From sequence record NC_047880.1: 64,000 nucleotides of DNA. One strand, given 5' to 3'. The translations under genes and the position numbers were made by a program. The notes below the pieces were generated by a model. The model did not search any database and was not told the origin of the DNA. It saw only the letters and a program-made list of their open reading frames with translations. Shown one piece after another: positions 59,822-64,000 of this stretch (positions within the stretch are counted from its first letter, which is position 1; each line of letters opens with the position of its first letter).

Positions 59822-61090
59822 ATGAAAAATATGGTAAACAACCTTAAGGCTGGCGTTCAGACTGTTAAGACTGAGCTTGAGAAATTGTATAACGGTACGA
59901 ATCTCAAACGTCACCATGTTGTTAAAGTATTGGGTATTCCATCTGCTAGTTTGGCAGAGCTTACAAAAGCATTAAGAAGTAACACGTTTAAGTCATACCC
60001 CGATGTAATCGAATTACGTGATTCAGTACGCACTACAACCACAACCTGCCTCAACCTGTCAGAACTCGTAGCGACTGGTAAGATCAAGCCGCGTGAGCTG
60101 ATGGTAAAGCTTGGTGAAATTGTGAAATCGTTCTCTGCCGATATTGCATTGGCCGATGCGTGTATCGCTTATTTGCCTCAATCCAAAAAGTCATTGTCTC
60201 TCGATGACCTGTCAGAAGATGATCGCAAGGACTTGAAGAAAGTCTCGCAGCATCTGACTGATATGGAGAATCAAGTAAACGATCAGAAAGCTATACGCCG
60301 TGAAGAACGTGAAGACGCAGCAACAGCAAAGACTGGCCGTGTGCTTCAACGTTTGAAAGCGAAATACTTTCACAAGGTCCCAAGAAAGTTCAATAGCTCC
60401 ATTCAAATTCTACAATTGCCTGTAATGGCTCGATTCGGAACACTCGCCATGAGTCCTGAATCACTGTCTCGTATGGGATTCAAAATTGAAACTGCTGGTC
60501 TGCACTCAACCCCGAGTTCTGATCTTGGTATCATCTTTGAAAACCAACTTCTAATGTTCTTTCGTATGTCAGATGCGAAAGCAGTTGCAGAAGAAGAGGC
60601 CAGTCGTTACAAGAGTCGTGATGGTACCCTCGTAGAACGTAAACGCCTCCAGAAAGAACGCAATGCCGAACGTCGAGAACTCAAGAAACTGAATGCACTT
60701 TTGGAAAAGCAAACAGCCTTGAAAGTTCGTCGTAAGATACAAGCGCAGATCGATTCGAGCCAAGCAGATATCGACGATATCACAGCACAGCTTGACGATA
60801 TGGATGCGAAGGTTCGCGTGAGTAACTCTAACGCCCGTGTTCATCGTGTGATGACAACGAGCAACGACCATGCGATGTTGAATTACCTTAACCCGATAAT
60901 CGACACACTCAACGAGAAAAGCTCAAGCACTCTTGGTCTTTTCACCACAATGCCGTTACGTGGTATCATGCCTGATGCAGACGTGCATGTTGCTTGGATT
61001 ATGGAGAAATCAGCGATCAACCTTCTGCTGCGCCACACAGGCGGAGATGTGAAGTTGCAGAACTGGTTTATGCCTTGGTCTAATGGCTAA
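59822..61090 (+). CDS. hypothetical protein with coiled-coil segments
   Basis: Long ORF; start between 59822 and 59831 is uncertain. Confidence 0.8.
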   Translation: MKNMVNNLKAGVQTVKTELEKLYNGTNLKRHHVVKVLGIPSASLAELTKALRSNTFKSYPDVIELRDSVRTTTTTCLNLSELVATGKIKPRELMVKLGEIVKSFSADIALADACIAYLPQSKKSLSLDDLSEDDRKDLKKVSQHLTDMENQVNDQKAIRREEREDAATAKTGRVLQRLKAKYFHKVPRKFNSSIQILQLPVMARFGTLAMSPESLSRMGFKIETAGLHSTPSSDLGIIFENQLLMFFRMSDAKAVAEEEASRYKSRDGTLVERKRLQKERNAERRELKKLNALLEKQTALKVRRKIQAQIDSSQADIDDITAQLDDMDAKVRVSNSNARVHRVMTTSNDHAMLNYLNPIIDTLNEKSSSTLGLFTTMPLRGIMPDADVHVAWIMEKSAINLLLRHTGGDVKLQNWFMPWSNG

Positions 61091-61622
61091 CGAAAACCGT
61101 TTACCTGCGGAAACTTCTGGTGAGTTAACACGGTGTATCATCTGCGGCAAATTCAGTCGCTCGATACATTATCACCATACAGTTCCCCGCTCACTGGGTG
61201 GAGAAGATTCTCTTCAAATCCCAATAGACGGTGACTGCCACACAACGCTACATGCGAAAGCAGAAGCTGTGGTCAGTAAGTTGGCTGGTAACCGTAAAAA
61301 AGCAATTGGTCAATTCTGGCATGATCCAGAAGTAGAGCAACGTGCTGAAATGTGGCTAAGTATTCTGGTCGATGCTATGATTAACCCACCGGTGCAGCCG
61401 GGACAGAAAGAAGTGCTGCTGCCGATGATTAAGGTTGATCTAGAAACCAGAATGGCTTTAGAATTGTTGAAGCGTGACACTCCTGGCATTACTAATATGA
61501 GCCAAGTGTTGCGGTACTGTATCGAAACAACATTGAAGGTTAAGGGGTTAAAAAATGGCGATTCAAAAAATGCGCACACTGGACATCAAAGCACTCGTAA
61601 AAAGCGAACTGAGCTGTGGTGA
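61083..61622 (+). CDS. HNH-type endonuclease domain protein with a possible C-terminal RHH
   Basis: CIICG..IHYHHTVPRSLGGED...DGDCHTTLH. Confidence 0.75.
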   Translation: MANENRLPAETSGELTRCIICGKFSRSIHYHHTVPRSLGGEDSLQIPIDGDCHTTLHAKAEAVVSKLAGNRKKAIGQFWHDPEVEQRAEMWLSILVDAMINPPVQPGQKEVLLPMIKVDLETRMALELLKRDTPGITNMSQVLRYCIETTLKVKGLKNGDSKNAHTGHQSTRKKRTELW

Positions 61623-62415
61623 TTGCCGTGGTCTGACGAAAGATGCACTTCTCCCAAGTGCTGAGAAACCTTGTGCAACTCAAGGCCAACTCGCAGACTC
61701 GAAGATCTGCCGCCACTATCGTTCTGATAGTCAATCGCTGACAGAGCTTATGCAGAGTTCAGGCAACGAGCTTGTTGCGCTATTTAACCTGTTCAAGAAC
61801 TTTGCCGATAAAGATTTGCGCGTAGTTGCTGGTCTGCTGTTAGCTGAATCTAAGACACGCCGTCACGGTGTTCGTCTGGGTCAAGCTGTATTCGTTCGCT
61901 ATCGTGGACGTGAGACTCGTAACTACTTGAACAACTTCATGGCAGCCCGTGTGCTCGACGTGGACGACAACTCGATACGCCTTATTTCCGAGAAAGGTGA
62001 TGTTGTGTTGACGTACACAAACGCAGGCTTTGCAGGTCCTTCCGTATATACGAAAGCCCAGTTTGCTAAACTCCGTAAAGAGATGATCAAAGAAGGTAAG
62101 TTGATCGACCCTGAACGTGAGATTAAGACTTCTAAGCGTATGCTCCCAGAAGAAAGCAATGTCAACTTCTCTGCACCGAGTTCACTCGATGGCTTCTCAC
62201 TCCCTATGATGGGTGAAGTCGTGAAGGGTAAAGGTGCGAAGCGTAAGGCTCGTAAGACCAACACGCTGGTTGATATCGTAAGCATGATTGAAAGTGGTCA
62301 TGACATGGGCGCAGAGCAAGACGAGTCTGGTGTAATGTCGTTAGGCAGTAACAGCTATCGCCGTAAGAATAAAAGCCGTGGCGGTATTGTTGAGCTTGGC
62401 GATCTCGACGATTAA
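61555..62415 (+). CDS. hypothetical protein with N-terminal Cys cluster
   Basis: CGDCRGL...C...IC; 286 aa. Confidence 0.8.
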   Translation: MAIQKMRTLDIKALVKSELSCGDCRGLTKDALLPSAEKPCATQGQLADSKICRHYRSDSQSLTELMQSSGNELVALFNLFKNFADKDLRVVAGLLLAESKTRRHGVRLGQAVFVRYRGRETRNYLNNFMAARVLDVDDNSIRLISEKGDVVLTYTNAGFAGPSVYTKAQFAKLRKEMIKEGKLIDPEREIKTSKRMLPEESNVNFSAPSSLDGFSLPMMGEVVKGKGAKRKARKTNTLVDIVSMIESGHDMGAEQDESGVMSLGSNSYRRKNKSRGGIVELGDLDD

Positions 62416-62472
62416 TTTGATACACAGCAAACAAAACAATCTGACAAAAATATACGATTAGGATCTCGGAAA

Positions 62473-63603
62473 ATGATCGCAGAAGAACAAGACTTAAATT
62501 CCTTCCTTTCCCAGCGTTTGAACCTCGTTGAGGGTTCTGCTGAATTTCGTAAAGTATACGCTGCAACCGTACGATATGTCGGCAGCGGTTATAAATCTAT
62601 CGCGGGGTATCATCGTGATTTGCAGGCAGTAGTTGATTTCAAACAATTTGAATTCACAGCCGCTGACCTGCGTATTGATCTTTCTTCTATCTGTCGGTTC
62701 ACGCTCAAGATGCGTTTCTTTGTGCTTGCTGTTTGCTTTCACAAAGAGCCTCAAGAAATCATTCAGAAGTATGCGTCTTACGGTCTGTCTAAGCGCGAAG
62801 CAGTGCTTGCATGGAACACGCTACTCAAGTCTGATGATGAACGTAAAACGATTCGTCGCACAGCAAAAGCAAAACACAAAGGTCTGGTGCTCGCAATGGT
62901 TAGCAGCCGCGAACTCCGTGTGCGCCTAGACCAAACATCAAGTCTGTTCGCAGAGCTTCATCGTAATGCGAAACGTCTGGTGCGTAAAAACTTGCAGTGG
63001 GTTAGCCTGTCGCACAACATCCCAATCGCTGATCTCACCTGTGATATCATGTGTAAGGTGTTGCTGTCTTATTATCAATCGCTCCCTAACAAATTCAGTG
63101 AGGCACATCAACTCAACTATCTCCGTGCATCGTTGACTAACCGCATCAACAACATGAACAACTACTACAGCGCAGAGAAGCGCCGTCGTATGCACAAAGT
63201 GGGTGAAGACAAATACGAGATCATTGTTATGTCTGACAATCAGATGTGGCACGATCCGAATGACGATTCATCTGCCTCGTACGAGGACATGTTGGGTTCT
63301 GATGCTCGCGTACACACGGAGCAAATGGAAAACTCCCTTACTATTAATCGTCTGCTGGTTGATGCAGAAGGAACGAAGCGCCACCGCCTGTACACGACTG
63401 TGCTTGGTCGTGATTGTGCTGATTTTACGGAATACTTGCGCGAGAACGGAATGCTGAAAAACACCATGACCTGTGCGACTGAATGGTTTATGGCTAAGCC
63501 GTCCAAGTTCATACGCAAGACGCTGGCAAAATGGTTGGACGTGAGTATCACTTCAATCAATGCTGGTCTTGATACGTTACGCGGCTCTCTACAAGCTGCA
63601 TGA
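62473..63603 (+). CDS. divergent sigma-factor-like protein
   Basis: DLTCDIMCKVLLSYYQSLPNKF..QLNYLRASLTNRINNMNNYYSAEKRR aligns by eye with sigma70/ECF region 2. Confidence 0.5.
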   Translation: MIAEEQDLNSFLSQRLNLVEGSAEFRKVYAATVRYVGSGYKSIAGYHRDLQAVVDFKQFEFTAADLRIDLSSICRFTLKMRFFVLAVCFHKEPQEIIQKYASYGLSKREAVLAWNTLLKSDDERKTIRRTAKAKHKGLVLAMVSSRELRVRLDQTSSLFAELHRNAKRLVRKNLQWVSLSHNIPIADLTCDIMCKVLLSYYQSLPNKFSEAHQLNYLRASLTNRINNMNNYYSAEKRRRMHKVGEDKYEIIVMSDNQMWHDPNDDSSASYEDMLGSDARVHTEQMENSLTINRLLVDAEGTKRHRLYTTVLGRDCADFTEYLRENGMLKNTMTCATEWFMAKPSKFIRKTLAKWLDVSITSINAGLDTLRGSLQAA

Positions 63604-63992
63604 GAGGGTACTCGACAGTGATGCACAAAGCAATCATCAACACTGACGTGGAGCGTTCTGCTTTAGCTCTGTTCAGTCGTCCTCAGTTAGACGAGGACTA
63701 TAAGCGTACCGTATTGTATCTCGTATATAAGACTGTAAATCGTAATGGCATGATGCAAGTCAGGCGTCTTGTTTTTGAGATCAACAAAGCATATGCGATC
63801 AACAAAGAAGATGTGAAGTCTGCGATCAGTGCGCTCAAAGCACCGTTCGCATTCAACGCTCTGAATATCTTTGTACCTCGCGCGGACGCTAATACCAACC
63901 AAGTGTGTAGGGTTAACTCTGGTCCTGAGATCGAAAGCTGGATCTCAGAGGTAGAAGTGATGTACCCTCACCTAAGTCGCATGTTGCAGTAG
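63600..63992 (+). CDS. hypothetical protein, possibly winged helix
   Basis: ATGA overlap with the sigma-like gene; alternative ATG at 63621. Confidence 0.7.
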   Translation: MRGYSTVMHKAIINTDVERSALALFSRPQLDEDYKRTVLYLVYKTVNRNGMMQVRRLVFEINKAYAINKEDVKSAISALKAPFAFNALNIFVPRADANTNQVCRVNSGPEIESWISEVEVMYPHLSRMLQ

Positions 63993-64000
63993 GGGCGTAA

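Noticed and set aside
1-64000. Phage-nucleus (chimallin/PhuZ) or multisubunit RNAP genes; integrase or transposase
   Set aside because: No recognisable motifs were found in this window. Absence here says nothing about the rest of the genome.

Overview
This window looks like a 64 kb segment of a large lytic (jumbo) dsDNA phage genome. Supporting signs: essentially every credible gene is on the + strand, genes are tightly packed, and most of them are small orphans. A host among Enterobacterales and a relationship to the Erwinia/Dickeya jumbo myophages are my inference from gene content and have not been checked by any search. Layout: (1) 0.5-4.3 kb, replication/recombination genes: a gp32-like ssDNA-binding protein and a RecA/UvsX carrying a 342-aa intein. 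(2) 4.3-42 kb, a long early/accessory region of about 70 small genes, including DUF6939/NADAR-like, miniature kinase-like, GNAT-like, Tpt1/KptA, radical SAM, YbiI/TraR, UvsE, dUTPase, lytic transglycosylase and HD-domain proteins. (3) 42.7-55.3 kb, a cluster of very acidic and very basic low-complexity proteins that share small repeated domains, including a histone-H1-like protein. (4) 55.5-59.5 kb, a two-subunit type IIA topoisomerase. (5) 59.8-64 kb, an HNH protein and a divergent sigma-factor-like protein. I found no tRNA, rRNA or CRISPR array. The strongest signals not explained by the ORF track are in non-coding sequence and in reading-frame structure: nine ribosome-binding sites where GAGG forms the loop of a perfect 5-6 bp hairpin whose arms covary; about 12 copies of a promoter with a conserved upstream box at near-fixed spacing from an extended -10; about 12 intergenic CTGTAAA motifs; an A_AAA_AAG -1 frameshift that joins two ORFs; and several highly structured intergenic RNAs, one with its own promoter. 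All calls come from reading motifs by eye; no database searches or folding programs were run.
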